A stretch of 64,000 bases of DNA from Felis catus (lineage: Eukaryota), in NCBI RefSeq assembly GCF_018350175.1, contig NC_058368.1:3100001-3164000 (forward strand). The letters run 5' to 3'. Below the pieces are notes generated by a model that was given only the letters and a program-made list of their open reading frames with translations, had not been told where the DNA came from and did not search any database. Shown one piece after another: positions 26,180 to 39,560 of this stretch. Made by a program: the position numbers and the translations under genes. The first letter of the stretch is position 1, and each line of letters begins with the position of its first letter.

Positions 26180-26580
26180 GTGGTGGGCCGGGTGTTGATA
26201 AGAGGAGCAGGGAAGTGACATGGGAAGGGAAGACAGCCAATAAAAGTGCGCATTATTCAGTCTACTGAAAGCGTGGGCAACTGGAACTTAATCCCACGGA
26301 GAAACTCAGGGATATATTGCAAAACATACACCTTCGAGCCTTCCCACGCCAAATGCAGCAGAGCTGGTGGAATTAAATAACTTGTGGAAGTTGATTAAGG
26401 GCTACTCCCTGGGGTGTTCGTTCCCCTCACTTCCCACCTGTGTTGCTGTGACCAGAGTGGCTTTCCAGGGTTCGGGAACTAAATGTCTCCTGGAACAAAG
26501 AGGTAGACAGAGGTGGTTGAAAATCCACAGCCACAGTGACTGGCCAAGGGGTGCACACAGGGCTCTGACAGTGTCTGCTC
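26180..26580 (-). mobile_element. ERVL LTR (LTR16-like)
   Basis: agccaataaaagtgcgcattatt...gtgggcaactggaacttaatcccac. Confidence 0.6.
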
Positions 26581-27239
26581 AAGTTTCTTTCTTTCTTTCT
26601 TTTTAAGTGAAGGAAGACGCTCATTATTCTAATTCCCCTGGATGTAGTTTTAAGGATAGTGATGACATTCTTGTCGCAGTCATTTCAGTAATATAAAAAT
26701 AAATCATACTTTCACGAAGCCCAAATTGTTTTTACCTTTTTTTTTAAATTTTTCCTCATACTTTTGGTGTTGTATCTATGAATCTATTGCCAAAACCAGG
26801 TCATGAATATTTTCCTCTACTTTCTTCTGAGACTTGTATGGTTCTAGCTCTTATACTTAGGCTGTTGACTGATTTGGAGTTAAATTGTGTACACGGTATC
26901 AGATAGGGTCCAAGTTCATTCTTTTGCATGTGGATATTCAGTTGTCCCAGTACCGCTGCTTGACAGGACTCTCTTCTCCATTGAATGGTCTTAGCACCCT
27001 TGTCAAACATCCTTGTCAACCAATGATGTATGGTTGATTTCTGGACTGTCAGTTCTATTCCAGTGTTCTAAATACCACCCTTATCTAGTACTATATTGCT
27101 TTGATCACTACAGCTTTGTAGCAAGTTTTGAAATTAGGAAGTGTAATTCCTCCAACTTTATTCTTCTTTTTCAATATTGTTTTGGCTATTTGGAACCCCT
27201 TGCGATTCCATATGAATTTGATAAGCTGATTTACCATTT

Positions 27240-27453
27240 TTGAAAATGTTTATTTATTTTTGAGAGGGAGAGAGAGAGAGAGAGAGAGAGATCGATCAGG
27301 AAGGGGCAGAGAGAGGGAGACAGAGGATCCAAAGCAGGCTCCTTGCTGTGAGTACAAAGCCCAATGTGGGGCTTGAATTTGTGACTGTGAGATCATGACC
27401 TGAGCTGAAATCAAGAGTCGGCCACCTAACTGACTGAGTCACCCAGGTGCCCC
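27240..27453 (-). mobile_element. CAN-SINE in L1
   Basis: TSD tgatttaccattt on both sides. Confidence 0.95.
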
Positions 27454-28714
27454 TGATTTACCATTTCTTAAACAAACAAACAAACAAACAAACAAACAAA
27501 CAAACAAACACTGGAATTTCAATGGGTCTTGCATTAAATCTGTAGGTAGCCTTGGACGGTATTGCCATCCAAACAATATTGAGTGTTCTACTCTATGAAC
27601 ATTGGATATTTTTCATTTACTTACATCTTCTTTAATTTCTTTCAGCAATTTTTTTAGTTTTCAGTGTACCCAATTTTTCATCTGTTTAATTAAATTTATT
27701 TTGAGGCACTTTTTTCTTTGAATGTCATTGTAAGTGGAATTTCCTTTGTGGGTGATTATAACTGGTGCATACAAACACTGATATTTGTGTGGTTGAATCC
27801 TATACCCTGCTCTTTGCTGAATTATCTGTTAATTCTAGATTTTGTGTGGCTTTGGGATTTTCTATATATGGGATCATACCATCAGCAATAAAGGTAATTT
27901 TACTTCTTCCTTTCCAATTTGGGTACCTTTTATTATTCTTTTTCTTGCTTAATTTATTTCGCTAGAACTTGTGCTGCAATGTTGAATAACAATGATGAAA
28001 ACAGGGATTCTTGTCTTGATCCTGTCATTAGGGGAAAGTTGCCAGTCTTTCACCATCGAGTATGATGTTAGCTGCGGGTTTATCAGGAATGCTTTTATCA
28101 TGTTTATCTGAGTGTCTATTATGTTTGATTTTGTGAAATGCTTTTTCTTCATTTCTGTCGAATGAGATGATCATGTGATATTTTCCTTCATTCTATTAAT
28201 GTTATTTATTACATTGACTGATTTTTTTTCTTATGTTGAAACATACTTGCCCTCCAAAGTTTTGTACATTATAGGACATTATTAGGAATGTGGAAAGACC
28301 ACTTGTAGAATCGGAGAAAATAGATTCGAATCATATATCTAAAAAGGGTCTAGTGTCCAAAATATATAAGGAACCCTTGCAACTCAATAACAAAATAAAC
28401 AACCTAATTAAGAAACGGGCAAAGAACAACAATAGACGGTTTTCCACAGAAGACATACAACAAACTTGTTTATAGAGAACAAGCATTTGAAAAGATATTC
28501 AACAGCATTAGTCATCCAGGAAATGCAAATGAAAAACTCAGTGAGATACCACTTTTTGCCATGAGGATGTCTAGGGGAAAAAAAAAGAAAGAATAATAGC
28601 AATTGTTGAAGAGGATGTAGGAAACACGGCTCCACGGTACGTTGCTGTTTGGAATATAAAATGATTAAGCCACTGTGGAGAAGCATGCGGTGGTTGCTTA
28701 AAAAGTTCAACACA

Positions 28715-28920
28715 GGGCTGCCTGAGCCGGTTAAGCTTTTGACTCTTGATTTTAGCTCAGGTTATCTCCCGGTCTATGGGCTCAAGCCCCGCATCGGATT
28801 CGGCATGGACAGCGTGGAGTCTACTTGGGATGCTCTCTCTCCCTTTCCCCGTTCACTCTTGTGTGTGTGTGTTCTCTCTCTCTCAAAATACATAAACATT
28901 AAAAAACATAATGTTAAAAG
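28715..28920 (+). mobile_element. Diverged CAN-SINE in L1
   Basis: ggttaagcttttgactcttgattttagctcagg..., (CT)n linker, A-tail. Confidence 0.85.
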
Positions 28921-29271
28921 AAGTGGCAGCATGAAATTGCCATAGAATTCAGCAATTTCATTTCTACGAAGAGACCCCAAAGAATTGAAAGCATAAACAG
29001 ACACTTGTACGTGAATGTTCGTGTCGGCACTGTTCACAACAGCCAAAAGGTGGAAACAGCCCAAATGTCCATGAGTAGTTGAGTGTATAAACAAATTGTG
29101 GTGTAGTACAAAGTGTCGTGTAGTGTAGTATCCAAGTAATGGGATATTTCCTCAGCCCTACAGAGGAATTAAATATCGATACATGCTACAATGATGATGG
29201 GATGTTGGAGTTCAAAAATATTATGCTAAGTGAAAAACCATAGACAAAGCGTATAGATTGTATGATTCTAT

Positions 29272-29275
<4 letters not shown>

Positions 29276-29307
<32 letters not shown>

Positions 29308-29507
29308 ATGTTTACTTATTTATTTTGAGAGAGAGGCAGCACTAGCAGGGGAGGGGCAGAGAGAGGGGGAGAGACAAAGAATCCCAAGCAGACTTCACAC
29401 TGTCGGCACAGAGTCCGATGCTGGCCCACACTCACAATCCATGAAATCATGACCTGAGCTCAAATCAAGACTTGGGTGCTTAACTGATTGAGCCACCCAG
29501 GGGCCCC
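29276..29507 (-). mobile_element. CAN-SINE in L1 3' UTR
   Basis: TSD tgtatgattctatttat / tgtacgattctatttat. Confidence 0.95.
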
Positions 29508-30121
29508 TGTACGATTCTATTTATATGAAATATCCAGAATACGCAAATTCACAGAAACCGTAAGCAGATTGGTGGTTGCCGGGAGCTAGGAGTTAGAGGA
29601 AAGAGAAGTAATTGCTTAATCGGCACAGGGTTTTATTCTGGAACAATGAAAATTCTTTCAAACTAGATAGAGGTGGTGGTTGAGCAACACTGTGAATGTA
29701 CTAACTGTCACCAAATTGTTCGCTTTAAGATGGCTAATATTATGTTTTATGAATTCAACTTCAAAAAAAATAAAAAATATATTTATTATAATTATAAGTT
29801 GACTTATCCTGACATCTCATGTATCAGGCATTTTTTTTTTTTTGAAAACTATCATCCAAAATACAGTTACATTCTGGGTGATTTGAGTTAGCCATTATTT
29901 TTCCACATAGTTTTTGCCTCTATTTTTGTGACTATTTGGGAACCAAATAAGTTTGGGTATTTTTTTTTTTTTTTTTGCAGAGGAAAATGTGTTCTTAAAA
30001 TGATCTTAATCCATCTTTGACTGTGGCAAATCAGAGGGCTGGGCTTCCGTAGTCCTTTTGGTCTATGTTGCGAACAAGATGCTGAGAGCTGAGCATCTTC
30101 AGAACAAGATTCTGAAGCTGA

Positions 30122-30144
30122 GAGAAAGAAAAAGAAAGGGGATT

Positions 30145-30208
<64 letters not shown>

Positions 30209-30256
30209 AAAAGAAAAAGAAAAAAATAGAGAGAAAGAAAGCAAGAAAGGAAGAAA
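30122..30256. repeat. (GAAA)n microsatellite
   Basis: Seen directly. Confidence 0.95.
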
Positions 30257-31731
30257 CTGGATGAGTTTTCTGAACATAACAGTTAAATGCTACTGATTGT
30301 CATTAGATTTTCCTTAATCAATGATGACTTTCCATTTAAACATAAAACTTACATTGCACTTACAGTACATCTGGTTTTAACCATAAAAAAAAAATTAGTA
30401 GTAAGATCTTTAAGTGAATTCAGTTAATGCGTAGACTTAAATACCTAACTCTCTGCACATCCATGGTGATTTATAGGCAAAAGGCTTGGGTATGGCCATA
30501 GGTACACCTCAAGCCCACCTGCCCACCTGGGAAAAATGCCGGGAACCTCATCTATTCATCAGCTGCCAGCTTTTCAATGCATCTCTGCTGTGGTCTTCTT
30601 TGCGGAAATCCGTTAGAGAAATCAAGGGAGAAGAGCGAATTACCAAACTAGCTGTGGTTTCCTACAGCGTCGTGTGAAACATCAAATTCTTGAATCTTTT
30701 TACGTGAGAGACAACATTCCACGAAGCTCTGGTGATTTGAAAGCGATTCTCTATACTCATCATTGAGGGAAGAATAACGCTTTCTAAGAATCAAGTTCAG
30801 TTACTGGAATTGTGTTTATGGCTTCCAACTGAGCAGAAATGCCTTCAATAAATTTTTAGTATTTTACCTGGGCATGATGGCTTCCCGGTTCCCATTAATC
30901 CAACACTTCCTGCTCTGTGAAGGTGCGGCTGAGATTGTGATTTCAGATTTTGATCAGTCTCCTTATTTTCTCTTCTTGCCGAAGACATTGCGTATCATCA
31001 CCCGTATTAAAAACAGTCTCCATAGAATTTCATACTTGAATTGAGGCTTTTACACGAATATTTTGCATTTATTTATATTACATATGAACATTACAGAAAA
31101 TTGAGAAAACACAGAAATGAATCATAGGAGAAAATTAGAATTAGCCATTATCCAGAGATAACAGCTGTGAACTTTTACAAATATCTTATTCACCATTTTC
31201 CAGTCACATAATAATGCATTTCATATGCATGTATCTTATAAACTTGCATTCATGCTATCTGTATTGTTTTATATTTCGCTTCTTATGTAAAAGATATTGT
31301 AAAGATTTTGCACGTTATTAGTTGCTACTTTCTTAGCTTTCTCTTAACTTTAACTTCTGTCTTTGTATATGTAGAAAACATTTTGTTTCCTTGTATCTCC
31401 ATGTACAAAGTCCATGATTGGCTTTTACTGTTCCTAGTAGTCATCTGTAGATTTTTTAAAGAGTTTTCTCGATAACTTGTGTATTGTCAGTCAATCAAGA
31501 AAACTAAATAAACACCCTTTTGCTGCCATTATCTACTTTAATACAATATCTTTTGTCATTTAAAATCTATAACTTTAGGTGAAACATTTCAACAGAATTA
31601 TTTTTCATTTTGAAATTATCCTCTTTAAGAATGATGAATGACATATGTTTTGTACCAATATTTATCCCATGTGATTCAATGCAGAATTATTTTGATATGA
31701 GATGTTCAGCTCTGGTCCATGTTCTCATTTT

Positions 31732-31947
31732 TCAAAAAAATTTTAAATGTTTAATTATTTTTGAGAGAGAGAGAGAGCGCGCATGAGCAGAGGAAGAGCA
31801 GAGAGAGACAGAGACACAGAATCAGAGGCAGGCTCCAGGCTCTGAGCTGCACCACAGAGCCCGACGCGAGGCTTGAACTCACAAACTGTGAGATCATGAC
31901 CTGAGCCGAAGTCGGTTGCTCAACCGACTGAGTCACTCAGGTGCCCC
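31732..31947 (-). mobile_element. CAN-SINE
   Basis: Full body; degenerate TSD (tctcatttt). Confidence 0.95.
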
Positions 31948-32790
31948 ATACTCTCATTTTGAAGTCTGTTTCCTTGTTACCTGAAATGCATGTTCGATTC
32001 TGTTTTTGCTCACGGATATTTTTTAAATTAGTAAACTTTATTTTTTTTTAGAGAAGTTTTAGGTTGGCAGAAAAATTGACTAGGAAATATTAAGAACTCC
32101 ACCTATCTGCCTGTTCACCCACGAACCACCTCCCCCACTATCAACAGACAGCACCTGTGGCACTTTGTTACAGAAAGAGTGGCACTTTGTTACAATTAAC
32201 CTATATTGACATATCTTAATCACTCAGAGTCTATAGTTTACATTAGGATTTACCCTTAGTGCTGTACATTCTATGGGTTTCAATGTGTAATGACATGTAT
32301 TCACCATTATAATAATTATACAGAATAGTTCCACTGCCTCCCAAATCTCCTGTGTTTTACCTATCCATCCTCCTTCCCTCTTAACCCGTGGAAAGTAGTA
32401 ATCTTTATACTGTCTCCATAGTTTACCTTTTCCAGTAGAATGCCATAGAGTTGGAATCATACAGTGGGTAGTCTTTCCAGATTGTTTGTTTCTTTTACTG
32501 GGTGATATGCATTTAAGAATCTCTGTCACTTCAAGGCTGGATAGCTCATTTCTTTTAATGCTGAATAATATTCCATTGTATGGATAGACCACAGTTTCTT
32601 TATCGACTCACCTACTGAAGGACATCTTGGTCCCTTCTAAGTTTTGAAAATATGAGTACAGCTGCTCTGAAACATCCACGAGCAGGTTTTTGTATGGACG
32701 TAAGTTTTCAATTCATGTGGGTAAATACCAAGAAGCACAATTGCTGGGTCATATGGGGAGAGTGTGCTTAGTGTTGGAAGAAACTGCCAT

Positions 32791-32978
32791 GGGGCGCCTG
32801 GGTGGCTCAGTCGGTTGAGCGTCTGACTTCGGCTCAGGTCATGATCTCGCTGTTTGTGTGTTCAAGCCCCGTGTCGGGCTCTGTGCCGACAGCTCGGAGC
32901 CTGGAGCCTGCTTCGGACTCTGTGTCTCCCTCTCTCTCTGCCCCTCCCCTGCTCACACTCTGTCTCTCTCTCTCAAAA

Positions 32979-33009
<31 letters not shown>

Positions 33010-33028
33010 ACATTTAAAAAAAGAAAGA
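32791..33028 (+). mobile_element. CAN-SINE
   Basis: TSD aagaaactgc; (TAAA)n tail. Confidence 0.97.
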
Positions 33029-33299
33029 AAGAAACTGCAAAACTATCTTCCAAAGAATCCATAATACTTGCATTCAGGCATTCCTGGGGTTCCACATCCT
33101 TGCTGGTATTTGGTGTTACCAGTATTCCAGATTTTGGCACTTCTAATAATAATATGTAGCGGTATTTTGTTGTTTTGATTTGCATTTCTCTGATGACATA
33201 TGATGGGGATCATCTTCTCATATGCTCATGTACCGTCTGTGGATCTTTTTTTGTGAGGTGTCTGTAAAGGTCTTTATTGGCCCATTCTTAAATCAAGTG

Positions 33300-33457
33300 T
33301 TTTTTTTTTCTCTAAAGATTTATTTTTTATTTTTTAATTTTTTTAATTTTTTATTTTTTATTTGTAAGTAATCTCTGCAGCCAACATGGGCACTCAAACT
33401 CACAACCTGGAGATCAAGAATTGCATGCTCTGCTGACTGAGTCAGCCAGGTGCCCCC
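33300..33457 (-). mobile_element. Short, older CAN-SINE variant
   Basis: tRNA-like head ending gactgagtcagccaggtgcccc; no (CT)n linker. Confidence 0.8.
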
Positions 33458-33495
33458 ACGTTGTTTTTATTATTTTTGAATTTTAAGAGTTCTTT

Positions 33496-33597
33496 GTGTG
33501 TGTGTGTGTGTATTTATATGTATATATTTACATATGTGTCTGTGTGTATATATATATATATGTACATATATATACACATATATATAATGCTTTTTTT

Positions 33598-33631
<34 letters not shown>

Positions 33632-33799
33632 GAGCAAGCGGGGGAGGGGGCAGAAAGAGAGAGAGAGAGAGAGGATCCCAAACACGCTCCATACCCAGCA
33701 TAGAGCCCCATGTGGGGCTGAATCTCACAAGCGTGAGATCATGACCTAAGTTGATTTCAAGAATTGAATGCTTGACCGACTGAGCCACCCAGGTGCCCC
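33496..33799 (-). mobile_element. CAN-SINE with (TG)/(TA) microsatellite tail
   Basis: TSD aagagttcttt at 33485-33495 and 33800-33810. Confidence 0.93.
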
Positions 33800-34149
33800 A
33801 AGAGTTCTTTTTATATTTTAGATAACAGTCCTTTACCAGATATATTTTTGGCAAGCATATTCTCTGAGTGTGTGGCTGGTGTTCTCATTCTCTTCATATT
33901 GTCTTCTACAGTGCATAAGTTATTAGTTTTAATGAAATCCAGCCTATTAATTATGTCTTTTGTAGATTGTGCCTTTGTTGTTGTATCTAAAAAGTCATAA
34001 CTGTAACTAAGGTCATTAAGGTTGTCCTATATTATCTTCTAGGGATTTTATACTTTTGTATTTTATGTTTATGTCTGTGACTTATTTTGAGTTTATTTTT
34101 GTGAAGGATATAAGTTTTGTGCCTAGGTACTTTTCTTTTGTTTTGCCTT

Positions 34150-37100
34150 TTAGTATGTCTTGTGATTTTTGTGTAGAAGTGGACATTATCCACTTGTTAA
34201 AATGAATTGAAGTTAACAGGCCGTTGGGAATGTGGGGATGAAGTGTGGGGGGAGAGGAAGTCTTCTATAGTCCTATGATTATAACTCCACAGCCCCTTGA
34301 CTGTGAACTTCATGCATAATTTTCTGTGTTTTCTCCCTCTTGGATGAGACAGGATAGTTACAAGAAGCTGGAGTTGGGTGTTTCCTTTACCCCATATTGA
34401 AGATTAGAGTGGGCCAGAGTTGAGTATTTTATTGTGTCTATGTAGGCTAGATTCTGGTACAACCCCAGGTTTTTAAGCTCTAGTAAAGTGGTTTCTCCTG
34501 TGGGAAATACTTTATTAAGAAGAACTGAATGCTCTGTGCATTTCAAAATCATTCCGTTTTCTCTCTTCCTGCTGCAAAAAGGGGATTTTTCCCTGTTACT
34601 CACTGTGTAGATCTCATAGAGCTCCTAGAAGTAAAAACTAACAAAAATGTGGGGGTTCCCCTGGAGATTTGATTTTTCTTTCTCCCTCCCTCTCTCTCTG
34701 TCTAACAGGTGCCCTCCTCAGTGCCCATCACCCACCCTCTCCTCCCTCTCACCCCCCATCAACCCTCAGTTTATTCTCAGTTTTTAAGAGTCTCTTATGT
34801 TTTGGCTCCCTCCCTCTCTAACCTCTTTTTTTTTTCTTCCCCTCCCCCATGGTCTTCTGTTAAGTTTCTCAGGATCCACATAAGAGTGAAAACATATGGT
34901 ATCTGTCTTTCTCTGTATGACTTATTTCACTTAGCATAACACTCTCCACTTCCATCCACGTTGTTACAGGAGGCCATATTTCATTCTTTCTCATTGCCGC
35001 ATAGTATTCCATTGTGTATATAAACCACATCTTCTTTATCCATTCATCAGTGGATGGACATTTAGGCTCTTTCCATAATTTGGCTATTGTTGAGAGTGCT
35101 GCTATAAACATTGGGGTACAAGTGCCCCGATGCATCAGCACTCCTGTATCCCTTGGGCAAATTACTAGCAGTGCTATATTGCTGGGTCATAGATTTTATT
35201 TTTCTAGGTTGTTCACACTGAGCCTCTAGAATGTCAGCAATTACAGTTTAGTTTTTCCCACCCCGATACTTGTTCCCGCGGGATTTTCTTCTCTGAATTT
35301 ATGCTTGCGTGAGTTGTGCTTTTCTGCATCTACTTGTGTCCTCTTCTCTTTTTGGAACAGTGGTTTGCCCTGTGACTTAACTTATCTTATAGATCTAATA
35401 AGCATTGTTGAGTTTCCAATTTACTCAGCTTATTACTTGTTATTAGGCTGGAGTGAAAATGTCTTAGCTTCTTCCATGTTGGACTGGAAATAGGAAATAT
35501 CTGCTTTATATATTTTTATGCTAATGTATTTGGTGTCTTCAAGTTTAAAACTATAGGTCTTCTGGCTGGATAAAAACTTTTATCATAATAAAGTGATATT
35601 TTTCATCATGGATTATTTTTTTTTTATTTAAAAAGCTATTTGCCTAATTTCAATACAGTTATACAACTTTTCTTTAGATTAGTATTTGCTGGCATATATT
35701 TATCCACTCTTTAACTCTCAAACTTTCTGCATACCTAGATTTTAACTCTCTCCAGCATATAATGATGTATTTTATGTCCATTTTGTCTATATTTATCTCT
35801 TCCTTAAAGAATTTAGTCTTTTTATATTTTTATGGTTACTATTATATTTGGATTAATTTTTATTAACTTAATATTTTGCTTTCAATTTAACATGTTTTTC
35901 TGTATTTTTTCTCTTGTCATAATTTGAATTGATTGAAAAGGTTTTTATACTCATTCCATCATATCCTTTCTATTTTTATTTTTTATAAGTTTTAAATGTT
36001 AGCAATCTCACCATGCATAGTTAACAAAACTAAAGGTAAATGCTATAGTTCATATCAGGTAATAAAATACTTAACAATGCCTTAAATTAAATTATATCAC
36101 TTTAGAGTCATATACTATTTTTGTCCACAACTTAAGATTTCATTATTAGAAAATAAAATACCCAAATTGGACAAAGATTTAATTATATACACCCAATATT
36201 GAATTATATGTTAACTGATATGTTTAACACTTTGTGACTTTTTTTTTTTTTAATTTCAGACTATGATTTGAAGCTTATTTTCTTCCTTCCTGAAATATAT
36301 CCTTAATGGTTTTTCTGGTGATGATTCATTGGTACAACAATTTTTTCTCCCTGGAAATTTACATTCTATCTTCTTTTCTTAAAATATAGTTTTACCAATC
36401 ATAAAATTGCTGGCCATTTGATGCTGGACATTATTTTCTCTAAGTATATTAAAGATATCTTGCTGTCCTTGATTTACATTTTTGCTTTTAGGGAATTTGC
36501 TGCTAGTCCAATGATCATCCATTTGTAGGGCGTACGTCTTTCTGGTGCTTTTGAGGTGTTTTCTTTTTCTATGGTGTTACAATGCTTCATTATGGTGTTG
36601 TTTTCTTATAGTGAAGTAAGTCTGTCTGTCCTTCCTTCCTTCCTTCTCTTTCCTTCCTTCCTTTCTTCCTTCTTTCCTTCCTTCCTTCCTTCCTTTTTTC
36701 TTTCATCATGTTGTTCATTTTTATTGTTTATGCTCTGGAACATTCTCAGGTAATGACTCTTCAATAATTCATTTCCTGTTTTCTATTAATTCTTCTGGAA
36801 TTCTGACCAGGTCACTTTGTCTTCCATATCTACACACTTTTCTATTAATTTTCACATCTTCTGGTATCACATTCTGGGAAGTGTTTTCAGAACTAGTTTT
36901 CAGTTCACTATTTCTTCAGCTCTTGTCTAATCTGTTGATAAGACATGATACATTTGAATTTTTCATTTCTATTGTGAATTTTTTTTTTCTGCAAGCTGTA
37001 TTTGTTTCAGGTGTAATTATGTTAATATTATCTAACTCTTTGGTCAGTTTTCCTGGTCTCTCTCATATATCCTTAAATATACTTTTTATGTATATCTCAT

Positions 37101-37400
37101 AATTTGGATATTGGCAGTCTATGTTAGTCTAATTCAATTTTATATTGTTTTTGCTGGCTCTCACTCATCCCGGATTTTTTTTCCTAATTTATTTTGTGAT
37201 TTAGAAAAATATTATCAGTGTATGATTCTTGAAACTTTATCTGTGAAAATTATTTTAGGTCTGCGTTTCATACAGTGTTTTCTGTCATTTAACTGGGAAC
37301 ATCACCAACCTGGGACGATCTACAAGTAAATATTCTCCTTGAGTTTTTTGGAACACAGAAACCACGTGTTCTATCCTCAAACACAGATATGGCTACCTTT
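34150..37400 (-). mobile_element. Ancient L1 fragments
   Basis: T-rich, L1 ORF1/ORF2-antisense-like degenerate sequence. Confidence 0.55.
34680..35190 (-). mobile_element. Young felid L1, 5'-truncated and lacking its 3' end
   Basis: ORF 34869-35141 MHRGTCTPMFIAALSTIAKLWKEPKCPSTDEWIKK...; TSD agatttgatttttct / agattttatttttct. Confidence 0.95.
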
Positions 37401-37499
37401 TGAATGTAAATATTAATGGATATTACTTACAGTTTTCCCAGTTAACCATGCCCTCTCTTATCACATTGATTTTGCATAAATTCTGCTTTCTCTTTTCCA

Positions 37500-37745
37500 A
37501 GTATAGGGGATCATCTTGGGAATGCTTTTTCTGACCTACCAGCCCTAGTCTCAGATTAGTTAAGATGACTTCATGCTGGTGCATTATCTTTTTCTTAGCA
37601 GTTTTGACACTCTATTTCAATCATCTGAAACCTTCCTACGAGAAGGCACTGTATCTTTCCCATCTTTGTAACCTCAGGGCTGAGCGTGGTTTTTGACACA
37701 TACCATACATGTAATAAATCTTTGTTGAATAAGTGAATAAGTACA
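37500..37745 (+). mobile_element. L2 3' end
   Basis: ...acacataccatacatgtaataaatctttgttgaataagtgaat. Confidence 0.7.
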
Positions 37746-39199
37746 CTTCAAAATTAATAAAAATCAACATATAATGCTCCCCTCTGCTGATGACTTGATC
37801 TTAGCATCACATTTCAGGCCTAATTATAAAGAATAATTGAACATATTAACCAATTCCTGTCATCAGGAAGAGTTAAAAACAAATTACTGGTCAAACCACG
37901 GTAGTTGGCAGAGACTTTTCAGTATTACTGAAGTGGGTAATACTAAACAATGTTTTCAACAAACCCAATCATCCAGTTATGTGGGGGTGATGGAATGTGA
38001 AGTTTAGTCATCCCAGTGCATTTGTCTGCAAGCAGTTCTTTCCAAAAGCCAAAGTTAATGTCAGTAGAAATGAACAATTAGTAACTCCTCAAAGCTTCCC
38101 TGACCTTGACTTTCCTTCCACTTCTCTAGCACAGGGAGGTGGCCTGTGGATGCAATTGAGCAGAACTAAAATTGTTATTTTGGGGAACTGTGTATTTTAC
38201 CTTTTGGTGCTCTGGCTGCCCAAATCCTTACAATCTTTAAAGTGTGGTCAGAATATAGACAAGTGTCCTTGATTTACATTAGGTTGCCACCCACAACTCT
38301 GGCATCTCAAGCTTTGTCCATTGTTTTGATAATCCAAAATACTCCTACTAAAGTCACCTTTTCCCTTTTCATCCTTTGCCAAAAACCCAACTAAGAAAAC
38401 GGACATTCAAAGGGAAAAGTATGGGCCATATTAACTATTCGTTCTTTTAGAATCCCGGGTCTCTATGTCTGTATCACGTTAGAGTATCAGAAAGTCACTT
38501 GCCTGGAGTTTATTACCTTGGGTGTTGCTAGAAAAACCTTTACAGAACTAGTGTTCAACAATCTATTTGCTTCTTATGGAAGGTCAGTATAAGAAAGGAA
38601 CACGGAGAATTTGTTGTAGTTGGTGCCAGAGTTTATTCTAAACTTATGCAATAGATTGCTTCCTACTTCAAGTGATGTTTATCGAGCACTTATTGTGCCA
38701 AGACAAGTGTGTCTTTTCTAGACCTAGTGGGTATGATTTATTGGATAACTCAGCTACGTTGTGCGTTGAACTTCCTCCATTACTTTTGCTGCCAGAAAGC
38801 TTAGAAACAATTTTGGAGATCACCTGCAGTGATTTTCTCTAACCTAGCATTTCTCGTGCAATTCTCTCTACTCCACTTTTTACATGTCCTCCCTGCCTCC
38901 ACTCACTTTCTTGGCTTTTATTATTTTACCTTGGTTCATGTGGTTTTATTTAGTTTTAAACATTTATGCTTAGTGACCTAAATATAGACAGGGCTATATA
39001 TAATAAATGGTGGTGCCGTGGCACAGCACCTTTATTATTTATCAACCAGAAGTCTAGGACGTTATTTAAAGCCTTAAAGATCATGGTAAAATACCTCAAG
39101 AATTTCTGGCCTTAAATGAACTCAATGTCAAATGGAAACTAGAATATCTGGGCGCTACAGACTGAAACTCAACAGTGAAGCCATTTTTAAAGGGCTTAG

Positions 39200-39560
39200 C
39201 TATTTTTCCTCAGTTCTGTTGTATCATGGGATTGGATGAAAGGGCTTTGTGGAAATGACTTACAGTTACCGGAGCATGACAAAAGCCATCATCCTGCGCG
39301 GCCATCTCCAGTCCAGTAAAACCACTCAGAGATTGCACGCTTTTTAAGATTAATTGATTAATTATTGCTAGTGGGGCATGATGGTAGAATGGCTGACTTG
39401 ACTTTCTGTAGCGTGTCAAGCTAAAATTAGACCTGTCAATATTATTACAAAAGCTTTTCATGACGGCTGATTTATATAAGGTCAGCTGTCAAAGAAGGAG
39501 TGATGATGATTTATTGAAATAAAATTTCAATCATATTGAAACAATAACAATAGGCATGTG
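39200..39560. promoter_or_regulatory. Candidate HOX/PBX/MEIS enhancer (CNE-like)
   Basis: attaattgattaatta (39349-64), CTGTCA (39433, 39486), TGATTTAT (39468, 39507). Confidence 0.5.

Larger units (their letters stand above)
26705..29775 (+). mobile_element. L1 (L1MB-like) with 5' inversion
   Basis: 26705-28255 is antisense ORF2 RT region; 28258-29775 is sense ORF2 end, 3' UTR and A-tail. Confidence 0.88.
32025..34140 (-). mobile_element. L1 (L1MC-like) 3' UTR and ORF2 end, interrupted by three SINEs
   Basis: Minus-strand L1-like peptides (YNGILFSIKRNE, MQIKTTKYRY) and a typical 3' UTR. Confidence 0.88.
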
